Of a stretch of DNA of 64,000 nt, positions 9,715-20,319 are shown one piece after another (position 1 is the stretch's first letter; each line of letters opens with the position of its first letter). The position numbers were made by a program, and so were the translations under genes. Source of the DNA: an uncultured Chloroflexia bacterium (GTDB lineage: Bacteria; Chloroflexota; Limnocylindria; Limnocylindrales; CSP1-4); NCBI GenBank assembly GCA_963819655.1, contig CAWFXA010000002.1, positions 1,216,001 through 1,280,000 of the forward strand. The letters are read 5' to 3'. Below the pieces are notes generated by a model. It did not search any database and was not told the origin of the DNA. It saw nothing but the letters and a program-made list of their open reading frames with translations.

Positions 9715-12182
9715 TGCACGCAGCGGTCCGCCACGATTACACGCCGCTCAGCGACCGGATGAATGCCCTCCTGGGGCTGCGCGTCGTGATGGCCGGGTTC
9801 GTCCTTGTGTGGGCGTGGGTCCGCCCCGATGTCAGCGCTGTCCCGCTCGATGCGGTCGCGGCGCTCAGCTTCGGCTACGTGGCCGCGAGTCTCGTCCTCG
9901 AGGCAAGCCGGCGCCGCTCTGGTCGGCGCGGGCTGTCAGTCATCACAGGGCTGCTGCTCGCGGATGGCGTCTACCTGATCGGTGCCATGTACCTGACAGG
10001 TGGGATGGGCAGTCCGATCCGCTTCCTTGTCTATCTGCACCTCGTCGCCGTGTCCCTCCTGGCCTCGTACCGAACCGGCCTGAAGCTGGCGTTCTGGGAC
10101 TCATTGCTGCTCCTCGTCGTCCTCTACGCTCAGGCGGCGCAGCTGATGCCGGCGGTCGATGTCGCGCCCGGCCAGGCCATCGAGTTCGAGCAGATGCCGA
10201 TCGCCAACCTCATCTCGTTCTGGCTGTTCGCTCTCGCGACGTCCGTGTTCTCGGCGATGAACGAGCGCGAGCTTCGCCAGCGTCGCGCCGACCTGCAGGC
10301 GCTGGTCGACGTCGGCGCTCGCCTCGACGACGTGACCGACCCTGTCCGTCAGTCGAACCTTGTGCTCGCGGGCCTCGTCGATCGGTTCGCCTTCCCGCGC
10401 GGCGTCGTGCTCGGATCGGTCGACGATCGGATGGTCATCCTCGCCTCCAGCGGGGTCGATGCGCCGCCCACGGCAACGGCCGTTCCGGACGCGATCGTCG
10501 CTCGTGCGTTGTCGGGTCGGAAAACCATCGCCGTGCGGTCCATGGACCCGGCGCTCGATCCGTTTCTGACCTCCGTCATGCCGGATGCGGTGAACCTCCT
10601 GGTCGCGCCGATGGTGGCCGATGGCCGGGCCGTCGGCGCGATCGTCGTGGAACATCCGTCGCGCGTCCTTCGGCGCGTCGACCGACGCGTCACCACCGTG
10701 CTCGAGCAGATGTGCGCGATGGCCGCCCTCAACCTGCGCAATGCCGTCCTGCTGCGACACGTCCAGGACCTCGCCGAGCGCGACGCCCTGACCGGAGCCG
10801 CTAACCGCCGCACCTTCCAGATGCACCTCGAGAACGTCCTCGACGGTCCCGAGCTCCGAGACCGGGAGTCGATCACGGCGGTCCTGTTCATCGACCTCGA
10901 CGACTTCAAGGTCGTCAACGACACGTTGGGTCACGCGGCCGGCGACGGGCTGTTGCAGGCTGTGACCGAACGGCTCACGGACTCGGTGAGGGACGGCGAC
11001 CTCGTCGCGCGCCTCGGTGGTGATGAGTTCGCGATCCTCACAAGTGACGCGCCGGACCTGAAGCGCTCCCTTGCGATGGCCGAGCGGCTCACCCGTGAAC
11101 TCCGGGCGCCGTACATGATCGGCGAGAAGACTGTCACGATTTCGGCCAGCATCGGCATCGCGAGCGCTCGCGACACGACTGAGAGTGCCGCCGACGTCGT
11201 CCGGAACGCCGATGTCGCGATGTACATGGCCAAGGCCAACGGCAAGGCCGGCTTCGCGGTCTTCGACCCGGGCATGCACGCCGCGATCCGCGAGCGCCAC
11301 GAGATGGGTGTCCAGCTCCAGCACGCCGTCGAGCTCGGCCAGCTGCGACTCGCCTATCAGCCGATCGTCGATCTCGCCGACGGCAACCTGGTCGGCATCG
11401 AGGCGCTCGTCCGCTGGCAGCACCCCGAACGTGGCGTGGTCTCGCCGGGCGAGTTTATCGAGATCGCGGAGGAGAACGGTGCGATCCTGCCGATCGGCCG
11501 CTGGATCCTGCGGGAAGCCTGCCGCGAGGCGATGTCCTGGCCGAACATGGATCGGTCGGCATTCCTGTGCGTGAACGTGTCCGCTCGCGAGATCCAGCAA
11601 CCGGGCTTCGTCACCGCCGTCCGCGAGGCGCTCGGCGAGGCGGGGATGGCCGCCTCGCGGCTCAGCCTCGAGATCACCGAGACCGCCCTGCTGCGGGCCA
11701 CGCCAAAGACGATCGCGACGCTCGAGTCACTGCGCCAGCTCGGCGTCCACATCGTCATCGACGATTTCGGGACTGGCTACTTCTCGTTGAGCCACCTCCG
11801 CCAATTCCCGGTCGACGTCCTCAAGATCGCCAGTGAGTTCGTGCAGGTCCCCGCCAGCGATGCCAAGACGGCCGCCCTCGCTGGAGCCATCGTGGCGATG
11901 GGTCGCTCACTCGACATCCGGACCGTCGCCGAGGGGATCGAGACCGCCGAGCAAGCCGAGCGGATGCGGGCTCTGGGCTGCGCATACGGGCAGGGCTTCC
12001 ACTTCGCCCAGCCGATCTCGGGCAGCGAGGTGGCCGCCGGCGCCTTTGACGCACTGATGGACGCCGATCGACTAGCGACTGACACGATCGCCGAGGCGCC
12101 GCCGGCTCCCATGTTCCGCTCCCCGTTCGGCGGTTTCAGCCGTCGCCGGGCCGCCGCCCCCACCGACGCGATCTCCGCCTGA
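9714..12182 (+). CDS. Membrane-bound GAF-GGDEF-EAL c-di-GMP cyclase/phosphodiesterase
   Basis: About 5-6 N-terminal TM helices, GAF-like segment, D.LTG..NRR, RLGGDEF, IEALVRW, DDFGTG, AEGIE, GQGF; ATG overlaps the upstream TGA. Confidence 0.93.
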   Translation: MHAAVRHDYTPLSDRMNALLGLRVVMAGFVLVWAWVRPDVSAVPLDAVAALSFGYVAASLVLEASRRRSGRRGLSVITGLLLADGVYLIGAMYLTGGMGSPIRFLVYLHLVAVSLLASYRTGLKLAFWDSLLLLVVLYAQAAQLMPAVDVAPGQAIEFEQMPIANLISFWLFALATSVFSAMNERELRQRRADLQALVDVGARLDDVTDPVRQSNLVLAGLVDRFAFPRGVVLGSVDDRMVILASSGVDAPPTATAVPDAIVARALSGRKTIAVRSMDPALDPFLTSVMPDAVNLLVAPMVADGRAVGAIVVEHPSRVLRRVDRRVTTVLEQMCAMAALNLRNAVLLRHVQDLAERDALTGAANRRTFQMHLENVLDGPELRDRESITAVLFIDLDDFKVVNDTLGHAAGDGLLQAVTERLTDSVRDGDLVARLGGDEFAILTSDAPDLKRSLAMAERLTRELRAPYMIGEKTVTISASIGIASARDTTESAADVVRNADVAMYMAKANGKAGFAVFDPGMHAAIRERHEMGVQLQHAVELGQLRLAYQPIVDLADGNLVGIEALVRWQHPERGVVSPGEFIEIAEENGAILPIGRWILREACREAMSWPNMDRSAFLCVNVSAREIQQPGFVTAVREALGEAGMAASRLSLEITETALLRATPKTIATLESLRQLGVHIVIDDFGTGYFSLSHLRQFPVDVLKIASEFVQVPASDAKTAALAGAIVAMGRSLDIRTVAEGIETAEQAERMRALGCAYGQGFHFAQPISGSEVAAGAFDALMDADRLATDTIAEAPPAPMFRSPFGGFSRRRAAAPTDAISA

Positions 12183-12238
12183 CCCCATCGCGGGCGGGCG
12201 CCCGTCAATGACCGGGATGGATATCCGTCGCACTCGAG

Positions 12239-12742
12239 TCAGCGACCCTTGTCGCCGCCGAGATTCCCGCCGAGGCCGCTAAGCAGGTCGTCCAGAGTGC
12301 CCGTGCCGGGCCCGCCGGCCGTGCCGCCCATGAGGCCGCCGAGCAGGCCGCCAAGGTCGCCGAGTCCGCCGCTGCCCAGGGCGCTATCCAGACCGCCGTC
12401 TGGGGTCTGGCCGTTGGGGGTGAGCATGTTGATGAGCTGCGGCAGGAATGCGGCGAGCAGCGGGAGGAGCGCCTGGATGTCGAGGCCGGTGCCGTTCGAC
12501 AGTCGCTGGACGGTCTCGGGCCCGAGCGCGTCGCCCAACCGTTGCGGATCGACTGGTCGGTTCTCGCCTGTGGACACCCACGAGTCGACCTCGTCGTCGA
12601 GACCGCCCTCCCGCAGCCGAACGACCAACCCGTCGAGGCCGCCGGTGTCGTCGATCGCGCCGGCAAGGTCGCCCATCGTGGCGCCGACATCGGCACCGCC
12701 GGTCGGGCCGAGCCCACGGCTCAGGTTGGAGAGATCGTCCAT
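12239..12742 (-). CDS. YidB (DUF937) family protein
   Basis: GGLDGLV..LREGGL...VDSWVSTGEN.PV...LPQLINMLTPNGQ signature; Gly-rich tail. Confidence 0.85.
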   Translation of the reverse strand: MDDLSNLSRGLGPTGGADVGATMGDLAGAIDDTGGLDGLVVRLREGGLDDEVDSWVSTGENRPVDPQRLGDALGPETVQRLSNGTGLDIQALLPLLAAFLPQLINMLTPNGQTPDGGLDSALGSGGLGDLGGLLGGLMGGTAGGPGTGTLDDLLSGLGGNLGGDKGR

Positions 12743-12873
12743 GAGGGCCTCCGTCACGTCGCGTGTCGCCTGGGACGGGGAAGATGGTACCCGCGCCCCT
12801 GCCATCGGGACGTTGCTGTCGGCGATGCCGACCCGACGCGCGCATGCCGGATGGATCGTGCCCGGACCCCCGA

Positions 12874-13953
12874 TCAGCCCCGCTTTCGGCGCCGCTGCGG
12901 CTTGGCGACGGGCTTGGCGTCTTGCTTCGCGACGCCGGTCGAGTCCCGCTTCGCGCCCTTCTTCGGCAGGTCCCACGACCAGGTCTTGAGGCGGCGCAGC
13001 AGGCGACGGCCGGTGAGGTCGAGGTGGATCGGCGTGACCGCGATCCGCCGATTGACCACGGCATGGAAGTCCGTGCCCGGGACCGCGAGGCCGGACGGCG
13101 GCGGGCCACCGATCCAGAAGTACGGGATGCCACGCGGGTCGAGTCGCTCGACGAGCTGGTCGGAATAGACCCGCCGACCGAGTCGTGTGACCTCGATGCC
13201 CTCGCATTCCTCGAGCGTGACGGCCGGAACGTTGACATTGATGAGTTCGCCGCGCGACAGACCCTCGGTCAGGATGTTGCGGGCGACGATCGTCGCCGCG
13301 TACCCGGCCAGCGCGAAATCGGGGTGCTCGTAGTACTCCTGCGAGATCGCGAAGGCCGGGCAGCTGTTGATGACCGCCTCCATCGCCGCGCTGACCGTTC
13401 CCGAATACGTGATGTCGTCGCCGAGATTGGCGCCGTAGTTGATGCCGGCGGCGACAAGATCGAAGCCGTGACCGAAGTAGCCGAGGAAGGCCAGGCTGAC
13501 CGCGTCGGTCGGAGAGCCGTCGACCGAATACGCGGTCGAGCCGTCGGCCAGCACGCGCTCCCGCACGCGCAGCGGCCGCATCAACGTCTTCTGGTGGCCG
13601 ACCGCACTCTGATTGGTGTCGGGTGCGACGACCGTGACCTCGCCCATCGGCTCGAGCGCCTGCTTGAGCGCGAGCAGGCCGCGTGATTCGACGCCGTCGT
13701 CGTTCGTGACAAGGATCCGCGGCTTGCTCGTCCACTCGGGGACGGGCCGGCTCGGAGTCCGGAGGGCACGCGGTCCGCCGCGCGCCGCGCCACCGGCCAG
13801 GGGCTCGCCACGCTCCTTGTCGAGGTCGCGCCGTTCCGTTCGCGCCCGCTCGCGGGTCATGTCGGGGACCTCGTCGCGGATCGCCTTCGTCTCGCGCGCG
13901 GTCGAGACGTCGTCCGGTGGCGTGTCGTCGTCCGATGGCGTGTCGTCGGTCAT
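12874..13953 (-). CDS. surE: 5'/3'-nucleotidase SurE with N-terminal extension
   Basis: RILVTNDDG, VVAP..NQSA, GSPTDAV, GINYGANLG..YSGTV.AA.E, LINVNVP; start uncertain. Confidence 0.92.
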   Translation of the reverse strand: MTDDTPSDDDTPPDDVSTARETKAIRDEVPDMTRERARTERRDLDKERGEPLAGGAARGGPRALRTPSRPVPEWTSKPRILVTNDDGVESRGLLALKQALEPMGEVTVVAPDTNQSAVGHQKTLMRPLRVRERVLADGSTAYSVDGSPTDAVSLAFLGYFGHGFDLVAAGINYGANLGDDITYSGTVSAAMEAVINSCPAFAISQEYYEHPDFALAGYAATIVARNILTEGLSRGELINVNVPAVTLEECEGIEVTRLGRRVYSDQLVERLDPRGIPYFWIGGPPPSGLAVPGTDFHAVVNRRIAVTPIHLDLTGRRLLRRLKTWSWDLPKKGAKRDSTGVAKQDAKPVAKPQRRRKRG

Positions 13954-15140
13954 GGATCTGGGACGTCGACAGCCTGGCCCGGTGTCGGCTCGCGTGGGAC
14001 GGTGACCGGCCGGCCCTCCCGCTCGCTCAGCCTCTTCGCCGCTCGCCCGGCCACGCTCCGATCGCCCGCGGTCAGGTGCAGGAAGTGGAAGAAGAACGAC
14101 GATACGACCGCCGCGATCGGGATGCCGAAGATGGCGCCCGGAATGCCCGCGATCCTCGAGCCGATGATCACCGATCCGAGCACGACGATCGGGTGGATGC
14201 CGACCGAACCCTGCATGATCCGCGGCTGGATCACGTTCATGACGACCAGCCAGCCGGCTCCCATGATCGCGATGGTCGGCAGCAGGACGTCGGGCTTGGT
14301 GACAAGAGCGACCAGGACCGGCGGCGCCCACGCCAGGAACGGGCCGAAGAAGGGGATCGCCATCAGGACCCCGGCGCTCACTGATGACAGGGCGGTCAGC
14401 TCGAGTCCCAACGCGAGGTGGGTCAGCAGCGCGATCGCGAAATAGATGATGCCCATGAGCGCCTGGCCGCGCAGGAAGCCACCGAACGAGCGCGCCACCG
14501 AGGTCTGCAGCAGCCTCGCCTCTTCCGCATACGACGGTGGCACCAGCCGGAAGAGGAAGGCCATGATCTGGTCACGGTCGATGACCATGTAGATCGAGAG
14601 GATGAACACGATCAGCATCGTCCCGATCGCACCGACGCTCGCGACGGCGATCGCCTGGAGCGGGACGATCAGCTGGGCCGCGAACACATCGAGGTTGTCG
14701 AGGATCGCGAGAGCTTGCGTGGCCAGATCCACCTGGCCGAGGCCGATCGTGTCGAACCAGGCCTGCATCGGCGCCAGGATCGTGCCGATGTTCGCGCGGA
14801 TGTTCGGCAGCGACGCGACGAACTGGGTGATCGACGTCGACAGGGCCTGCGCCACGACGAGGATCAGGAAGACGAGCAGGATGACGATCGCGGTGTAGAC
14901 CAGGACGGTCGCCAGCACCCGCGGCAAGCGCGGGATGAGGTCGACGATGCGTGTGACGACCGGGCTGATGATGAACGCGAGCAGCCAGGCCAGGAAGAAG
15001 GCGAGCAGGGCGTCGCCGAAGTAGCCGATGGCAGACGCGGCCAGATTGACCGCCACGAAGAACAGCACGATCGTGCCGAGCACGAGGATCGCGCTGACGA
15101 GCCGACGCTCGCGACCTCCCGGTGCGATCGCGTCGAGCAT
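13950..15140 (-). CDS. AI-2E family transporter
   Basis: Multi-TM; AFIISPVV, FLRGQ, IPFFGP, NVIQPRI, GIHPIVV, GAIFGIP. Confidence 0.9.
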   Translation of the reverse strand: MLDAIAPGGRERRLVSAILVLGTIVLFFVAVNLAASAIGYFGDALLAFFLAWLLAFIISPVVTRIVDLIPRLPRVLATVLVYTAIVILLVFLILVVAQALSTSITQFVASLPNIRANIGTILAPMQAWFDTIGLGQVDLATQALAILDNLDVFAAQLIVPLQAIAVASVGAIGTMLIVFILSIYMVIDRDQIMAFLFRLVPPSYAEEARLLQTSVARSFGGFLRGQALMGIIYFAIALLTHLALGLELTALSSVSAGVLMAIPFFGPFLAWAPPVLVALVTKPDVLLPTIAIMGAGWLVVMNVIQPRIMQGSVGIHPIVVLGSVIIGSRIAGIPGAIFGIPIAAVVSSFFFHFLHLTAGDRSVAGRAAKRLSEREGRPVTVPREPTPGQAVDVPDP

Positions 15141-15145
15141 GCCGC

Positions 15146-16165
15146 CTACCGCAGACCCATCTTGTGACGGACCTCGTCCATCGTCGCCTCGGCGATGGGG
15201 CGGACCCGTTCGGCGCCCTCGTCGAGGATCGTCTCGATCCGGACGGGATCGGCCATCAGCTCTCGATAGCGTTCACGGGCCTCGGCATAGTGCGCGAGGA
15301 CCCGCTCGGCAAGCAGCTTTTTGGTGTCGACACAGCCAGTGCGCGCCGTCCGCTCGCCGTCCCAGATCTCCTCGTAGTCGTCGCCGAATGACCGATGGAG
15401 CTGGCACACGTTGCACACCTCGGGCCGGCCAGGATCGGTCCGCAGGATCCGCTTCGTGTCGGTGACCATGCTCATGATCTGCTTCCGGATGACGTCCTCG
15501 GGGGCGAAGATGTCGATCGTGTTGCCAAGCGACTTGCTCATCTTCCGCACACCGTCGGTGCCAAGGATGATCGGTGACGCCGTCAGCACGGCCTCCGGTT
15601 CCGGGAATGTGTCGCCGTAGGTGCGGTTGAAGGCACGGACGATCTCCCGGGACAGCTCGAGGTGTGCGACCTGGTCCTTGCCGACCGGCACCAGCGACGC
15701 CTTGTAGATGACGATGTCGGCCGCCTGCAGGACCGGGTACGTCAGCAACCCGTGGTTGACGTCATCGGGCTGGAACTGGCGCTTTTCCTTGTAGGTCGGC
15801 GTGCGCTCGAGCCAGCTGACCGGCGTGACGGTCATGAGCAGCCACGCGAGCTCGGTGTGCTCCGGCCGGTGGCTCTGGACGAACAACGTGCAGCGTTCCG
15901 GATCGAGCCCGAGCGCCAGCAGGCCGGCTGCCATCTCGCGCGTCTGACGCCGCAGCAGGTCGGGGTCGTGGAGGCTCGTCAGGGCGTGGTAGTCGACGAT
16001 GCAGTAGATCGCCTCGTACTCCCATTGGAGCTTCACGTAGTTCCGGATGGCGCCGAGATCGTTGCCGATGTGGGGGACCCCCGTGGGCTGGATCCCGGAG
16101 AAGATGCGGGGTCTCGGGGCGGCCTCAGCCACCGGCGACGGAGCGGGCAGGATCTCGGTCGTCAT
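15146..16165 (-). CDS. trpS: Tryptophan--tRNA ligase
   Basis: FSGIQPTG..HIGN, YPVLQAADI, VPVGKDQ, KMSKS. Confidence 0.97.
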   Translation of the reverse strand: MTTEILPAPSPVAEAAPRPRIFSGIQPTGVPHIGNDLGAIRNYVKLQWEYEAIYCIVDYHALTSLHDPDLLRRQTREMAAGLLALGLDPERCTLFVQSHRPEHTELAWLLMTVTPVSWLERTPTYKEKRQFQPDDVNHGLLTYPVLQAADIVIYKASLVPVGKDQVAHLELSREIVRAFNRTYGDTFPEPEAVLTASPIILGTDGVRKMSKSLGNTIDIFAPEDVIRKQIMSMVTDTKRILRTDPGRPEVCNVCQLHRSFGDDYEEIWDGERTARTGCVDTKKLLAERVLAHYAEARERYRELMADPVRIETILDEGAERVRPIAEATMDEVRHKMGLR

Positions 16166-16231
16166 CGTGCCGGAGTGTAATCGACGGGTCCTTGGCCGCC
16201 GATCATCGGTGGCGTCCGCCGTGGCCTGTCC

Positions 16232-16679
16232 TCAGCCCTCGCCGATGTCCTCGTTCCAGATCTCGGGATGGGTCGCGATGAACTCGTTCATCAGCGCGAC
16301 GCATTCGGCCGAGTCGAGGTTCACGACCTCGACGCCGCGCGAGCGCAGGTAGGTCCTCGCCGCCGACGAATGTCCGGTTCTCACCGATGACGACGCGCGG
16401 GATCCCGTACAGCAGGATCGCGCCGGTGCACATGTCGCACGGCGAGAGCGTCGTGTACATCGTCGCGCGCCGGTAGACCGAAGCCGGCAGCCGGCCGGCT
16501 TTCTCGAGCGCATCGGTCTCGCCGTGTCGGATGGCGCTGCCCTGCTGGACGCGCCGGTTGTGGCCCGCGCCGAGGACGCGGCCGTCGACGACGAGCGCGG
16601 CGCCGATCGGCACGCCGCCCTCGTCACGCCCGATCCGGGCCTGCTCGATGGCGACGGCGAGGAACTCCTGGTCGGTCAT
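16232..16679 (-). CDS. Zn-dependent nucleobase (cytosine-type) deaminase; one frameshift near 16350
   Basis: EGGVPIGA, HGE, TTLSPCDMC; C-terminus PEIWNEDIGE is in another frame. Confidence 0.85.
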
Positions 16680-16685
16680 ATCGGT

Positions 16686-17606
16686 TCAGCTCCGACGATA
16701 CGGCTTGAGGTAGGCCCCTGGATACGCCACGTTGCGACCCGAGACGGCGAGCGCCGCGATGACGACGAGGTACGGCAGCGCGAGCAGGAGCTCGAACGGG
16801 ACGTCGCCCCAGCCGGGCAGGATCCGGAGGCGAAACTGGAGCGAGTACACGGCCGCGAAGATCAGGGCGCCTGCGACCACCCGCACGATCCGCCAGCGCC
16901 CGAAGATGACGAGGGCGATGGCACACCCAGCCGCGGCCGGCGATGATGTCGAGCGTGAAGCTGCCGAGCAGCGCGAGCGTGATGAATGCGCCGCCGATCG
17001 CCATCAGCGCGCCCCCGAGCATCAGCGCGAGGTAGCGGGTCCGGCCGACGCTGACGCCGGCGGCGTCGGCCGCCTCGGGGTTCTCGCCGACAGCGCGGAT
17101 CTCCAGCCCGAATGACGACCGGTCGAGGAGCCACCAGGCGCCCGGGACGACGACCAGGAAGGCGAGCCACGTCAGGCCGTATTGCGTGAAGAGCGGCGCC
17201 GAGCGGGCCGAGCGGCAACGGGTGCCTCGAGTTGGCGGGAACGGCTCGATCCGCTGGACCTCGGTGCCGCCGAAGATCAAGCCGGTTCGTGAACTCGGAC
17301 AGGCCGATCAGCAGCGATCGTCAGTCCGATGCCCGATACGTGCTGGTTCGCGCCCAGCGTGACCGTCAGCAGTGCCATCAGTGCGCCGGCCAGGAGCCCG
17401 ACCGCGATCGCGGCGGCCAGCCCGAGCAGCAACGATCCCGTCGAGTACGCCACCGCGAAGCCAACGAAGGCTCCGGCGTACATCGTGCCCTCGATGCCGA
17501 GGTTGAGGACGCCCGACCGCTCGGCATACGTCTCACCGACCGTGCCGTACACGAGCGGGGTGGCGTTGCGCAACGTCGCCGCCAGCAGGTCGACGAGGAA
17601 GATCAC
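16686..17606 (-). CDS. Nucleoside ABC transporter permease (frameshifted)
   Basis: ERSGVLNLGIEG, GLEIRAVGENPEAA, AGRGW, LPYL fragments across frames. Confidence 0.8.
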
Positions 17607-18760
17607 GCGCGAGCCTCCTCGTCATCCTGGATCGCGTCGCCGACGACGTCCGACGCCACGCTGTCCGTCACCTCGCCGGCTGCCTCGGGGCTGATCGCGC
17701 CAGCCGCGCGGTTGCGACGGACCGCGAGCAGCGCGACCGTGGTGAGCAGCAGCGTGCCCTGTACGACAGCCCCGAGCTGCGACGGGATGCCGAGCGCGCG
17801 CCCCGCGGAGCTCGCCCCGACGGCCAGGTCGCCCAGGAACAGGGCCGCGAGGCCGACGCCCGGCATCGTCAGCGCGCCCAGCGTCGCGACGACGATGCCC
17901 GTGTAGCCGTAGCCGGGCGAGAGCCCCGACGTGAGTCGGTACTGGATGCCCGCCACCTCGCTGACGCCCGCGATCCCCGCGATGGCACCGCTCACCAGTG
18001 CTGCGACGAGCAGCGTCCGGGAGACGTCGATGCCGGCGAACCGGGCACCGTGCGGGCTCAGCCCGACCGCCCGCAGCCGCAGGCCTGCCGGCGTCCGCGC
18101 AGACGACGTACCACGACTGCGACCAAGACGAGGACCGCCACGAGGAAGCCGAGGTGGAGCCGGGAGCGATCGAGGAGCTGCGGGAACTCGGCGGTCTCGA
18201 CGATGCGCGGCGACTCGGGAAACCCAGTGACGGGGTCGCGCCACGGGCCGTGGAGCGAGCGCGTTGACGACCAGCAGCGCGACGGGGTTGAGGAGCAGTG
18301 TCGTGACGACCTCGTCGATGCCGAAGCGGACGCGCAGCAGCGCCGGGCACGAGCGCCCACAGCGCGCCGGCGAGCGCTCCACCGACGATCATCAGCGGGA
18401 CGGCGACGAGCGGCGGCAGCCCCCGACGAGCTGGCCGATCGCCCGCGGCGGCGATCGCGCCGACGAGCAGCTGGCCCTCGGCGCCGATGTTCCAGTAGCC
18501 GGCGCGGAAGGCGATGGCCACCGCGGCGCCGGTGAACAGGATCGGCGTGGCGCGACGAGGACCTCGAGCAGGCGGAAGCGCGAGGTCAGGGGCACGATGA
18601 GGAACTCGGCGTACGCCTCGATCGGGTTCGCGCCCGCCAACGCGATCGGGCCCGCGGTGAGAGCGAACGTGATGAGGATCGCCAGGACGACCAGACCCGG
18701 CGTCGACCACGGTGACGCCGATGACGCGGCCCGCGGCATCGAACGACGGGATCCCGTCAC
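17603..18760 (-). CDS. Nucleoside ABC transporter permease (frameshifted)
   Basis: [32 protein letters not shown] fragments; GTGA overlap at 18757-18760. Confidence 0.8.
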
Positions 18761-20300
18761 GCGGCTTGCCCGTCGGGCGCCGCGTCCCGTCCGGCCATGA
18801 GCATGCCCAAGGCGCTCCGGGTCGGCCTCGGCCGCGCGCATCTCGCCGACGATCTGCGCCCTCGTACAGGACGACGAGCCGGTCGGACAGCGCCAGGAGC
18901 TCGTCGAGGTCCTCCGAGACGAGCAGGATCGCGGCTCCCCGCGGCGCGTCGGGCGAGGAGCTCGCGAGCGCACGTACTCGGTCGCCCCGACATCGAGCCC
19001 TCGCGTGGGCTGCGACACGACGATGACACGCGGGTCGCGCGACAGGACGCGCGCCAGGAGCACCTTCTGGATGTTGCCGCCCGACAGCGTCGCGACGGCG
19101 GTCGTTGGGCCGGGCACGGATGGCGAAGCGATCGATGAGCTCCGCGCGCATGCGCGTCGATCCGTCGCTCGTCGAGTCGCGGCCGCAGCCGCCGAAATCG
19201 TCGATCTGCTCCAGGACGAGGTTGAGCGCGACCGACAGGTCCGGGACGAGGCTCGCATGTCGGTCCTCCGGGATGCGCCCGACACCGGCCGCCATCGACG
19301 CGGCCGGGGATCGCGCCGGCCAGCTCGACGCCGTCGACGAGGATGCGACCCGTCCGTCGGGCCGGCGCATCCCGGACAGCACCTCGACGAGCTCGGTCTG
19401 GCCGTTGCCCGAGACGCCGGCGACGCCAAGGATCTCGCCCGCGGCGACATCGAGCGAGACGCCTCGGACGGCGCCGGCAGCCCGCGCCCCGAAGCGCGCA
19501 GGTCGCGAACGCGGAGCACCGCGTCCCCGGTCGTGGTCTCGTCGTCGTCTGTCCGGTGAACGCCGAACGTCGGCCGCCCGACCATCATCCGGGCGAGCTC
19601 GCGCTCGTCGGTCGTCGCCCGGGGCGGTCCCGACCAGCGATCCCGTCGCGCAGGACGCTGACGCGGTCGCTGATGGCCCGCACCTCCGCCAGCTTGTGGC
19701 TGATGAAGACGACCGCGAGGCCATCGGCGACGAGTCGCCGCAGCGTCGCGAACAGGGCGTCGACCTCGTGCGGCACGAGCACCGCGGTGGGCTCGTCGAG
19801 GATGAGCACCCGGCAGTCTCGCGCCAGCGCCTTGAGGATCTCGACACGCTGCTGCTCGCCCGACCGACAGGTCTCCGACGCGGGCCGCCGGATCGACGCT
19901 GATTCCGAATCGCTCCGAGGCGTCGGCGACCATGCCTCCGCGCGGCGTCCAGGTCGAGTCGGATGCCGCTCGCCGCCCGAGCGCGAGGTTCTCGGCGACC
20001 GTCATCGGGCGCGACGAGCGAGAAGTGCTGGGTGACCATCCCGATCCCGGCCGCGATCGCGTCGCGCGGCGAGCGCATCGCGACTGGCCTGCCGTCGATG
20101 CGGATCTCGCCGGCGTCGGCAGCGGTCAGCCCGTACAGGATGCGCATCAGCGTCGTCTTGCCCGCGCCGTTCTCGCCGAGCAGGGCATGGACCTCGCCGC
20201 GGCCGACGTCGAGGTCGACGCTCGTCGTTGGCGACGAGGTCCCCGAACCGCTTGGTGATCCCCGCGCGGAGCTCGACGATCGGCGTCCGAGGGCGCCGGG
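18757..20300 (-). CDS. Tandem-domain nucleoside/sugar ABC ATPase (multiple frameshifts; start approximate)
   Basis: [59 protein letters not shown] fragments. Confidence 0.8.
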
Positions 20301-20319
20301 ATCCGACCGGTCGGCCGTC

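Noticed and set aside
16166-16230. T-box leader for trpS
   Set aside because: The intergenic gap is too short and a -10 hexamer lies 8 nt from the start codon.
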